This document shows positions 50,910 through 62,322 of a stretch of DNA of 64,000 bases, one piece after another. The notes beneath the pieces are model-generated. The model ran no database searches. It was given only the letters and a program-made list of their open reading frames with translations, and was not told the DNA's origin. The translations under genes were made by a program, and so were the position numbers. This DNA comes from Trichosphaerium sp. ATCC 40318 (taxonomy: Eukaryota; Protista; Tubulinea): NCBI GenBank assembly GCA_038496445.1, contig JALMLS010000455.1, forward strand, positions 434,001-498,000, in the 5' to 3' direction. Each line of letters starts with the position of its first letter. Position 1 is the stretch's first letter.

Positions 50910-53900
50910 TCAGCGAGGATTACGCTCCATCACCCATACTTCAGGTCCTTTTCGTTTTCCATTAGATACCGACTCCTTTTCAGTAGAAGTAACCTAAAGA
51001 TAATACAAATTACTAAAAATGTACACGTGAGGTGTACTTACGTCGAATGCCTGTCGTTTAAAGAATTCCTACAAAAAAAAAAAATTAACACGTGGTTTTA
51101 TGTTTCTTTTCATTACTCACCACATTCGTGTCTTTATGTGTAAACAACCAACATTTAGATTGCTCATAGTCTTTAAAATTATGATTAGTATCCTTTTAAA
51201 CATTTAACTATAATACATACCAACAGTTTGCAGCATATTTTTCAACAACTCTGAACCGATTCCTTTCCTTTGCGTATCTGGATGAACAAATACACTCCAA
51301 AGAATCCAAGCATTATCAGGGCATTGATCCCTAATAAGTTTCTCCAAGTACGCATAATAATCTGTTATCAATCTGCTTGCTTTATTCAAACCACGCCATA
51401 GCTTGAAACCAACTAAAAAAAAAAGTGTTACTATTAACTATTGTCTCAAGATCAATGTGTATGTACCTCGCCACGTGCCCAGCCATTGAAGAAGAGCTTT
51501 ACTGTTTTTTGGAGAAATCCACAAAGCAGCGCCAACAAGTTTTTGACTTTGGTATCTTCCCCAAACGTTTCCCTAAACGCACGTGAATATCACGTGTCAC
51601 GAAAAAAAAGGAAAAATATGGACTAAACGCGCCGCTGACTCTGTGGCTTCTAACTGCACGTACTTGGCGAATACAAAGACGAACAATATCTGGATAAAGC
51701 TCCTCTGCCATGCACTGAAAAAAAAGTCAATAAAAAGTTCTGATGGAAAGAAAACAACGTACTCGTATTCGTTTATCATCTTTTTGTATGAGGTATGCAA
51801 TAGCTGGATTATTAATAAAGCATTCAGCCATCAGAGAAACAACATCAGAAACTTCTGATCGTGTCACAGGCTTTGTAATACCACTGCCTAACATAAAATT
51901 TAGTGTAAAACATAAACGTTAACATGAAGAGAAATACCAGCCAAACTAGTCGCCAAAGGTTTAAAATCGTTTGACCTTGTTAAATTCCCATTCTTCTTTT
52001 TACGCTACACAACAGTTGAATAAAACAGACAACCTTATAATGGTTACGTCATCATACCTTTCTTCTTCTTTTTGGATTAAACTCATCAAAGAATTGCTCC
52101 TTCATAATCTCTCTTACATTTGGTCTAAACACAGGATCCACTGTAAGCATTTTACAAGTAACCCTACAAAGATTCTCTAATCCCTAAACATAAATGTAAG
52201 GTCAAGTCAATAAAACGAACTAAATCAATTAAATCTTACATCTGGGAACTCATTTCTTATCCTGCTATGGATATCTGATGCCTCGGCTTCCTTGGCAAGA
52301 CATCTGTCATCAGCTGCGAGCAACCTGTGTCGAGCAAAGTTAGAAAACAAAGCATGGGTTTTTTTTGTTTTTTTTTTGGAATCTTACCTTGTTGTAGCGA
52401 GCTCGTATATGATGCATCCTAACGACTATAATCTTAGATATTATTGATAATTTACAAATACGGTTACGGACCCAAACATCAGCCTTATGATTGTATCTAA
52501 AGATGTAATGAGTTTAAATAATTAAAACAAAAATCAAATAAACTTACGGATGATTGTTAAGAAGTTCTGGTGCCCTATTTAGTTAACAATTAGTAATTGC
52601 TGGTAGGTAGCTCATATCGTACATATAATGCCATGTACCAGCTTTTTCTTTGGTACTATTCATCACTTGTTTTGCAAGGCCTTGAACAAGTAAGAAAACA
52701 AAAACCCTTGTTTCTGAAATATTGTACCAAAATCTCCGATTTTTAAGTTGTTGTTATTATCTACAAAAATATTTTCGAGCTTGAGGTCTCTGTGTACAAC
52801 GTTTCTCTTATTTACATCCAACATACCGGAGCACAATTGGTGTACCCACACCTTTAGTTGCTTCAAAAAGTGTCAAACAATACTATTTTGCCACGGAGAG
52901 AAAAAAATAGTACCTGTGCTGAAAATTTATCTCTTGCTGGGCCATCATAAGGCAACTTGAAGCTAATTGTCTTTTTTCTTTGGCGTCTAGAACTAGAAGA
53001 AGAATCTTCAGAAATACTCGTCTCGCTTAAAGCCGCTAGCGCTGATTGTCCGGCCTAAATAATATTTAGAACATATTAATAAAGTCGGTGGTTTCTATTC
53101 ACCTCTGAGTTGGAGGAATGAAAACGAAACGGTTGTTTGTTCTTTCTATTCCGTCGCGGAGAGTTTGAAGGCGATTGAAAACTCTTTTTTCTACGACTAC
53201 TACCTCTTTTAGCTTTCTATTTCCTAATACATTTAAAAAACTGCTTGGGCAAAATAATTATCACGAAAAAACCACAAAACGCCCAAACGGGCGTCTAAAA
53301 ATTCACGTGATAAATAAGGCAGTCACGTGACTTTTTGAAAAATAGAAAGGATTAAAAACTTGAAATTTTGATCGGATTGGCTTGTATTGCAGACCTTGGG
53401 GTTAGTTTGGCGTTTGATTTCGATGTGGTCATTGTCTTTAAGATATTGTCCAACTGTATCAGCATCACGAAGCGGAATACCATCCTTGACAAGCACCATT
53501 TTGAAAACAAGCTGTGGATTATTTACACGTAGTTTCCTCTTTAATTCTCCTACTGAATTCTCTGGGGATAGAGTAACATACATTGGAGAATGCCCAAGGT
53601 AAGTAGCATTAATAGTCACTTGAAGAAAAAAAAGTATTAATTCCTGTTTTTTGAATAACCCTTACAACTACGTACATGCTCTCAGCCTGTAATTATCTCC
53701 CACCATAACACTATATCTTCCTGCACCATCTAAACGTTGGGTATAAGTAAACACGTCATTTCATGACTTGTTATTTGAAATAACGGAACCGCACTCACTT
53801 TTGTTCTTTGCAAGATATTCTATCGCGCCTTCTAAGCTACTAGCGTGCTTTTCTGCAAGGCGTATATCTTCTATACTATATTTGAGCCTTCTTAACTCGT

Positions 53901-55424
53901 CAGTAAATCGAGGCCGACCATTAACAGAGTCCGTATCTATTGTGATAAGCAAGGAATAGAATTAAAAAACTATTTTGCTTACTGGCTCTGCTTCTTGCTG
54001 GTCTTGGGCTTGAGTTACGCCATCCTTTTCTCCTTATTTGTGCTCTTCTACCACGACCGTTTGTTGATTGATTCATTGCGCGTGTTATTGACTGTTTGCG
54101 ATTAGTTTTTCGCTTCTTTGAAATCTTTATTTTGCCATCTCTTGTAGACCTTTAGAAGCATTAACACAAGAAGCTGGGTGTATTGCGTGGAATGGAAAAA
54201 AAATTATTGCTCTAGACTTACTTCTCAGGTCTCTTTCTGATATTTGATGCTGAGTTTCTTGGCTCTAGCTTCTTTCGTAAATCAGATTCACTGTTTGATT
54301 TTCTTATATCAGACATCATAAGCCTTCTAATTCCAGGAGAAGATTTCGATACAGATGTACCATTAACTATTTTTAAAGTAAGTTTACACTATTTTTTTAT
54401 AATCGTTTATGCTTGTTTACAGCCTTTGGAAGTTGTCACAAGGGCATAAAAAAATGTCACGTGCTGAGTTTTTAAAAAATATTGAAAATAAAAATAACCG
54501 CCATTAAGGTTATGTTGTGTATGTATTAAAAAAGACGAAATGTACCACGCCAAGCACAAGGAAATTTGGTTTTGATTTTCTCATCAAATAAAAAAAATTG
54601 AGGTGGCGCTATTTTTACTTGCCTCCATTGTGGTTAGACGGTAGAGCAACAGGCGAAGGCATTCTGTTTTTAGAACCATTCCTTTTAGTCTTAACACGTG
54701 ATTTTGTTGTACGCGGCTTTTGTTTACGTATATCTAAGAGTACACTTTAGCAATAAAAGGGTAAAAACTACAACTCTCCACAAAATAAAAAAAAACAAAA
54801 AAAAAAGAAAAAAAGCTAAAAAACCCGACCACAGTATCGTTCTAGTGACTTCTTTTTATCTAACTAAGTAACTTCTACTATACTATAATCTATACCGCAC
54901 CTTCTAGAAGTTTTTCTCTTCGTTCTTTATCCTCTTCGATTGCTTTTTTGTTTGCATCGTATTTTGTAAGAACCTTATCAAAAAGAGATCCCATAGAGCA
55001 ATACTCCATTATAATACACAGAAAATAAATAGTCATGCCCTCCATTTCTTGAACATCTAGAAACACATCCTCATACCTTACAATATACTCACTACTAAAC
55101 TGGGCCAAGTATAGTGCCTTATATAGAACATTAGATGAGGCTCAAACTCAACAAAAAAAAAAGATCAAACAAGACAGTAACGCACTTCTTTTAGCCCAGC
55201 GTTAGCCTCTTGTAGGTCCGTACATAGTTTTTTCTTTAAAACGTATTGTTTATCTGTTTCCTTGAGTCGGACTAATAAAACATAAATAAGCTCGTTGAAG
55301 GTAATCACGTGATGTATAAACTAAACAAAAACGACAAAAAAAACGCTTAAAAAATTAACGGACCTAGTATACAAACGCCTTCACCTCCCTTGCCTATCTC
55401 TCTTATAACCTCGTACTTTTCCAT
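50910..55424 (-). CDS. NEK-like Ser/Thr kinase with internal UBA-like and ubiquitin-like domains and a C-terminal GNAT acetyltransferase
   Basis: [30 protein letters not shown], then an insert, then [30 protein letters not shown], then FINNP and [17 protein letters not shown]. All introns are phase-compatible. Confidence 0.8.
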
Positions 55425-56411
55425 AGCACGTGAGGTACTATTAATCCCAAATAGAAATATACTAAGCGCCTTTTAATCACGCTCTCGTGTCACCATCATA
55501 CAATTCACAAAAGGGATCAATTTTATTCAACTTTTTTCAATAACACTACTTTTTGTATGGCGTCATCACTGTGAAGATACTTTTGGGTTTGGCACTTTTC
55601 TTAAGCTACCGACAAGTTAACTGAAATAGAAAAAGTAAAAATAACTTACAGACACAAAAAAGAGAAAAACGGTGTCTTTCTCATTTATTTTTTTTAATTG
55701 ATGCTAATTATAATTGTCTTTTATTAAACAGGTCATTGTAGAGATGTTTGATTTAACAACGAGATAATCTGTTATTATTTTGTGTACAAAAACTACTAGT
55801 GCTTCATTAAACTTACCTAGGTAAGTCGTGGATGCCGATAGTAAAGTCTGGCAATACAATGATTTACTTGTAGTACATTCGACAATGACAACCTTAACCA
55901 CGATCGAGACAGCGGATATTACGGAGAAGTTACAAATTGAGGGTTCCAGAAGAAGTAGCACAGGTTGTCCTGAGCATTTTATCAACGATGACTTATTGTT
56001 TTGCAATGATCATGATTGTCAACAAGAGAATTTATTGGAAGCAATTGTTTATTTAAGTGGTTTTTATGTCTTGGTGAGCTGTTGACGCATAACTGTCATT
56101 TCAGAGAGTGTTTTTGATTAGTTTGGATGAACTTACAGCACATTTAGTGATTGGGTAGCTCAGTTTCGAGCCATTCGTAGCACTCATTGTTTCAATCAAA
56201 CTATGTATCAACATTGTGTGCACAAACCAGCTCGATTCAAATTGTGCAAAATGCCGAGTTAGAGGCTTCGTGAGACCAAATATGATGCTACAGGCACACC
56301 TAAAAAACTTAGGGAGAAAAAGTAAACTCAAATCTCAATAAATTACAAACAAGTTGTTTGCAATCCTTCGTTAACGTTGTTGTGATGAGTACTCTAGGAA
56401 GAAAAGAGAAA

Positions 56412-57466
56412 ATGAACTACTCTGAAACCTTTTTTTGCATCCTCCTAAAACTTCCAAACGACATATTATCTCATATCTTGCTACAAACAACAACTTCTCG
56501 GTTTTCAGCAGCACAAAGCTGTTCTACTTTAGCGTCAATTATTCATAACATTATTGGATACACCTGCATTAACGTGTCAAGCCTTTCAACAGCAAAGAAG
56601 GTCGTTGAATACCCAGGAATACTTAACCACAGAAATCGTTGTACAGCCTAGCCTGCACGAAGATATCGACAGTTGTGTAGCAGCACTTTCAGGAGTTTGT
56701 TCAATCAACGCTTTACACTAAAGTAACAGATAAAGGTATAAAGGCTCATGCGGGAGTGCATAGTATTAGTCTTAATTGTTGTGAAGATAACAGATGAAGG
56801 CATTAAATGGCTTGCTGGAGTACATACTATTAACCTTGGAGACACTTATGTAACAGATGAAGGACTCAAGGCATTGGCTGGCGTTTCTTCTATTGGTCTT
56901 TTTAAAGTGTCATCTATATCAGACGTTGGAGTTAAAGCATCAGCTGGTGTTCATACTATTGATCTCAGTGTTACTCAAGTAACAGATGAGGGTATCAAAG
57001 CGCTAGCAGGTGTTCATACAATCAGTCTTGAGCATACTCAAGTAACAGATAAAGGGAATCAAGTCATTGGCAGGGTACCTTAATTTTACTTCCCTTGTAT
57101 CAGATGAAAGCATCAAAGCACTAGCAGGTGTTCATACTATTCACCTCAAAGGTACACAAGTAACAGAAGATGGAATCAAAGCGCTATCCGGAGATCTCAA
57201 TATTCTTCTTGAGTACTAGCAAGTAACAGATGAAGGTGTTAAAGCTCTGGAAGGTGTTCATTCAATAGACCTTTCCGACACCAAAGTAACAGATGAAGGT
57301 GTCAAATCACTTGTAGGTGTTCATACTATTTACCTTTCCAGAACTTCAGTAACAGACGAAGGTATTAAATTGCTTACAGAAGCAAAAAGGATTTTTGTGC
57401 CTTTTACTACAGTAGCTAAAGAAGGCGTAAAAGGACGCAAAAATGGTGTTGTGTTTGGATTATAAT
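56412..57466 (+). pseudogene. Frameshifted F-box/LRR paralog of 38000-39065
   Basis: LPNDILSHIL F-box and the same GTAACAGATGAAGG..AAAGC..GGTGTTCATAC repeats, with several indels and in-frame stops. Confidence 0.8.
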
Positions 57467-57909
57467 AAACAACTTTTTTTCTTGATTTAAAATTAAAGTG
57501 CCGAGTTGTAGCATTTATTACCATGTCTGATACATCTTGTTTATGTTTCCACTGACTAAGAACACCACGCTATGCAAATCTGAGTCATGCTTTGCACAGT
57601 TTTTAGTTACAAACTAGCGGCAAACGGGCTCACACTGCTATCGAAAAAGTACTGTAGAAGACCCGCAAAGAGCGGCAGTCAATAGAAAACAATGGCCGCT
57701 ACAGCGCGGCTAAAAACCATCAGTTTGCCGAAAACCCAAAAAATCCGATCGGCTAGAAATGACTCTAGGCACCTTACCTTGTTTTTAAGAACATATCAGA
57801 GCGATTGTGTGAATTGGTTCAGGAAACAGACTTTCCTTCACGTGAAAATAAAAGAAACGTGAACCAACAAAATCAAAAAAACAGAATCAACAACGAAGCA
57901 ACAACACTC

Positions 57910-58381
57910 ATGATCTTGAAAACACTTTTGTTTACTCTTGCTCTTCTTATTGCCTTGGTACCGTATCATAAATTACTGGTTTATAACGCTTGTCACTCAC
58001 AAAAGCGCCATAGGTCTCTTCAGAGCCATGTTGTAAGCTTGAGAATGGAGAATGTATTGACAACTCTTGTAAAATACGCGGCGACTTTGTAGATGAACCT
58101 ACTCGTTGTGTCAAGGTATTACGTCCCAATCCAATGGGTGGTACGCACCAGAACCCACACTAATTTTGTCTCTAATATGTCAGTAAGGAAACCCTAGACC
58201 ACAATGTATATGTGTGCCAGTAGATGAAGCCCTAAGAGAAAACACGTGCAGATTGTCTACAATCAATCCAAACAACTGTATTGATGACACTTGCATTGAT
58301 CGCTTGAACAGTATTGGTTTCCCAAATCCTGTTGGCTGTACCCGTACTGTACTTCCGTGCCTATGTGCTGTATGCCACTAA
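57910..58381 (+). CDS. Small secreted Cys-rich protein with a duplicated module (3 exons)
   Basis: MILKTLLFTLALLIALVSS-EPCCKLENGECIDNSC...RC...CIC...TCRL...NCIDDTC...GC...PCLCAVCH*. Confidence 0.75.
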
Positions 58382-58821
58382 AGGGCATACTGTTGTTGTA
58401 ACTTCAAAATACAAACCTCTCATTCGCAATGTTTAGTTTTTAGCAAAATACGTTTGTTTCAAAGCACGTGCTGTAAATCATAGCGACAAAAACTGGACAG
58501 TGACAGAAGACAGATTGAACTGGCGATACAATGCACACGCAATGTCAGTCTCACTAGAGCCGCCAAAGAAAAGAAAAGGCTCAACGAGCTAGAAAAGGTG
58601 CTCAGGCGGAGCGTAGCGGGGGTGGTGGGTAGAGATCGCGATAGCTTGTTTATTGAAGGACATTGGAAACGCGACGAGCGAGAGGTGAGAGAGAAGGGTG
58701 AGTCAAGATGCTTCTGTTGACCTTTCTTTTCAACGCCGCAAAAGTCTTCGACTTTGTCTCTGCCGTCTAACTGATGTGGGTGAGGTAAAAAAAGTTTGGT
58801 TTTATTAAACGTTGTTTTCTT

Positions 58822-60559
58822 CTACACTATAAGTTTGTTCTTCTTTGCTTTCATCACTTTGACACGTTCAATACCTGTGAATCCAACTTCTTTCAACAAA
58901 TTTTTATCAACCTCATCAAATTCTAGACCCGATTCATCCATCAATGATCCAAGCTCTTTTGCTCGTTTGGTAGCAATACCTAATGTTACTAGTATTGAAA
59001 ACCAATTAGTTATCTCCTCTTCTTGTTTACTTGCTGCCACATTGAGATCAATTGATTGAATATTCTGTGGCTAAGACGTCAGACTTGGATTCCAAAATGT
59101 ATTTTAAGATAACAGTACCTTGGTATAAATGGAAGCATCGGGTTTATCGCTCCATGACTTACGAGATAGCATGTCGTACGTGTCAATAGATGAAGGTGCT
59201 TCACATTTTCTTTCATTTGTATCGCCAGATAGACTATCACGTGATAGTGGTTCGCTGGAATATACGTCCTTTTAAAAGAATAGTTGTGAGTAAGATATAG
59301 CTTGTATTAATAGTACCTCAGTAAGGTCATCTTGTTGATTTTTTTGAAGGGCTTCAACAGCATCTTGAATAATCTGTAAATCTTCTAGAGCGCCTCCGAA
59401 CTTTGCGTATTTGTGTTTTGGATCATACACCGCTTTTGACAAGTACTTGTCGCTTGGGTCCGCTTTCAACTTTGCCCGCATCTGTTCTAAGTTATTCTGA
59501 TCAGTTGTTTCTGTTTCTGTTTCCACATCTGTGTCTGTTTTAAGATTTAGCATTGAAAAGGTATGAATATATCTATTGTTACGAGAAACATACCTTGCTC
59601 CAAAGACGTTGATTGATGCTCTGATTCATCTAATTAATAAAAGTCACAAACACGTGATAAAGAGTTGTTAACAGGTTACCTTTTTTCAAGTTCTTGATGT
59701 ATTCTAGTATTTTATTTGCGTATCCCAGAGGTATTTTGAGTAATAGCATCACGTTAAGGTTCAATCGTAAAAAGTCTTGGCCGCTTTTGGATAAAAGAGA
59801 AAGGTCAGTGTTTCTTACACAAGAATAATAAGTACCTTAACTTATGATCTTTTAACAAGTCAACAAGTGAAGGTTCAATCCTATGAAGCACATATAACAC
59901 TTGATCACATGTCCAAGTTGATGGTGGTACTGCCGTATTTCTACCAGAATACGTGATTTCAAAAGGGTTTAAGGAAACGTTATACTCATCAAGGAAGGTT
60001 ATCAATTTTTTTTCAGTGCACAACCACTTTGCCTCAATTGCCTTCTCACCAGGAAAAGTAATCTCGACATTCTCATCTGGTAAATCTGAAATCCAGTTAC
60101 TATCCCATATTGTGCCATCAAGAAAGTAAATGTGCCCAATACCATCGCTTTTGTCATCTTTAAATTCACCAACATATCTATTTCCATTTGCCCATGTGTA
60201 TTCTCCTTTGCCATTACGTTTATCATCTTTAAATTCGCCATCTTTAAATTCTCCTTTGCCATCCTTTTGTCACATACCAACATAGCTATTTCCATTTGCC
60301 CATGTGTATTCTCCTTTGCCATTGCGTTTGTCATCTTTAAATTCGCCAACATATCTATCTCCATTTGGCCATGCCCATGTGTATTCTCCTTTGCCATTGT
60401 GTTTTTGTCATCTTTAAATTCGCCAACATATCTATTTCCATTTGCACATGTGCCAACATATTCTCCATTTGCACATGTGCAATTTTTGCCATCATCTTTA
60501 AATTCGCCAACATATCTATTTCCATTCGTATAGGTAACCTCTTTTTTTGTACTAGTCAT
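58822..60559 (-). pseudogene. MORN-repeat + two SAM-like domain gene with disrupted MORN array
   Basis: NGNRYVGEFKDDKRNGKGEYTW repeats with a frameshift near 60403 and a TGA at 60270-60272. SAM-like WTCDQV...SGQDFLRL and LLKEVGF..IERVKV follow. Confidence 0.6.
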
Positions 60560-61206
60560 TTTGACAATCTGGCTAGGACAAAACGACGCTAAAAAACGCC
60601 TCGAAACTATCACGTGAGTTTAGTAAACGTTTCGCTAACCACAAAATATTTGCAGTACCAAGAGAATAGCGTATTCAAGCTTCTTTGAGCTTACTTTACT
60701 TGCGTAAGGCTATTTACTGCGTGTTTGAAACTATTTAGTACTAATGGCTATTAAAAGTATGTGGAGGTACCCAGTATCCAAAGTCCACGCAAAGTTGCTT
60801 CTAGCGTATCAAACGAACTTTCAATAAGTTCACTTAAAATATGTTTTTGAGGTCATGCGATTCTTAGCGTTCCTCATTATCAAGAAAAGTACAACAAGTT
60901 TAAAAACAGAGTAAGTAATACCTCCTTGGCTAATTCTTACGCATTGAAAAGCTGTATCAGCTGCGTTAAGGATGTTTGTTTTCAAAAAAACAATCTAAAA
61001 ATACAGTACTAACACTCCCACACTTAAACTAGGTGTAAACGGGCTTGAGTGATCAAGGTTATTTTGATATAAACCAAGCAAAATACGAAGTGCCGTAATC
61101 TAATGATTTTACAGTAAACGTTATGATGCATTTCACCGTTTACGTTTTTGAAGCAGATTTTAGGAATTTATTATTAACACGTGATATGAAAGAATTTTTA
61201 ATGACA

Positions 61207-62075
61207 TCAGTTGGAGGAGCTTAATACAGCAAAGAATAGGATAAGATATACTATTACAATTGTGACAGCACATCCGCAGTTAACACCAAAACCAACAAGC
61301 GCTCCTTTTCTCCTAAAACAAATAAATCAGTAAATTAACTTCATACAAAACAAGCCTTGGCTTTCAAGTACTCAACCTCCACCGTGTAAGAGTAAAAGAA
61401 AAAATAGATGGCGGGCAAGAAAAATAGTAACGTAAAATCATTTCAACGCGCTTTCGCACGTGCTAGGTTTGTTTTTTGAAGCGGCAACTGTTTTGAAAAA
61501 AACTGAAACGACCTCACTCTTTTTAGTCGAATTTAACTCTACATACCCTCTCCTGTTGTTTGAGAAAGCACACATGCCTATCAATAGGCCAATAAGTCCC
61601 AACCAAAATCCAATAAGACATCCGACCCAAAAATCACCTTGAGTTCCTAAATTCAAAGCGTTAATCACGTGATTTCCCAAAAAAACGTTAAACAACAAAA
61701 AAAAAACAGCAAGCAACTTTTTTTCCTTATTTCCAATTGACGGGTACCTTCGCTATAGTCAGTCGCATTTACATGTACAATAGTTTGAGCAGGAGCTGGT
61801 GAATATCCAGTTGGTTGATACTACGAAAAAAAAGTTAATTAAAAGTATAAATATCGCTAGAGAGCTATAAACCAATACGTAGTACTTAGTTTTAATGGAA
61901 AAGTAAAAAGTCGTAATTTTGAATGTAAAGTTCTGGTGTTTAAACTACAATTAACGTATACGTGTGAGGGTCCAGGCTGGTGTACTAGAGGAGAGTTTGG
62001 GTTGTATTGTGGTTGTGGAGTGGGTTGATATGGTTGAGGTTGAGGAGCATACGGAGTCTGGTATTGTTGGGCCAT
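61207..62075 (-). CDS. Small membrane protein with P/Q/Y-rich N-terminus (4 exons)
   Basis: MAQQYQTPYAPQPQPY...GTQGDFWVGCLIGFWLGLIGLL...GRKGALVGFG...ILFFAVLSSSN*. Confidence 0.75.
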
Positions 62076-62322
62076 GATTATTAAACAGTAATTTGCGTAA
62101 CTTGAAGGTGCAGAAATCACAGCTTAACGCTGGACCGAACCTTAACCACACTGGACACGTGATCTCACCTATACATAGCAGTCAATGGTAAAAACAATAG
62201 GTTGGCACGGCGGTATGAAATTGGGCAACAACAAAAGAACAATGCATGTTGATGGAAGTAAAGAGTTAGAACAAACAACCGAATAAGTTGGTTTTTTTAG
62301 CGGCTCAAGCAACTATTTATAT

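Noticed and set aside
55704-56331. Overlapping short ORFs, possible transposon relic
   Set aside because: No transposase motifs or terminal repeats recognised.
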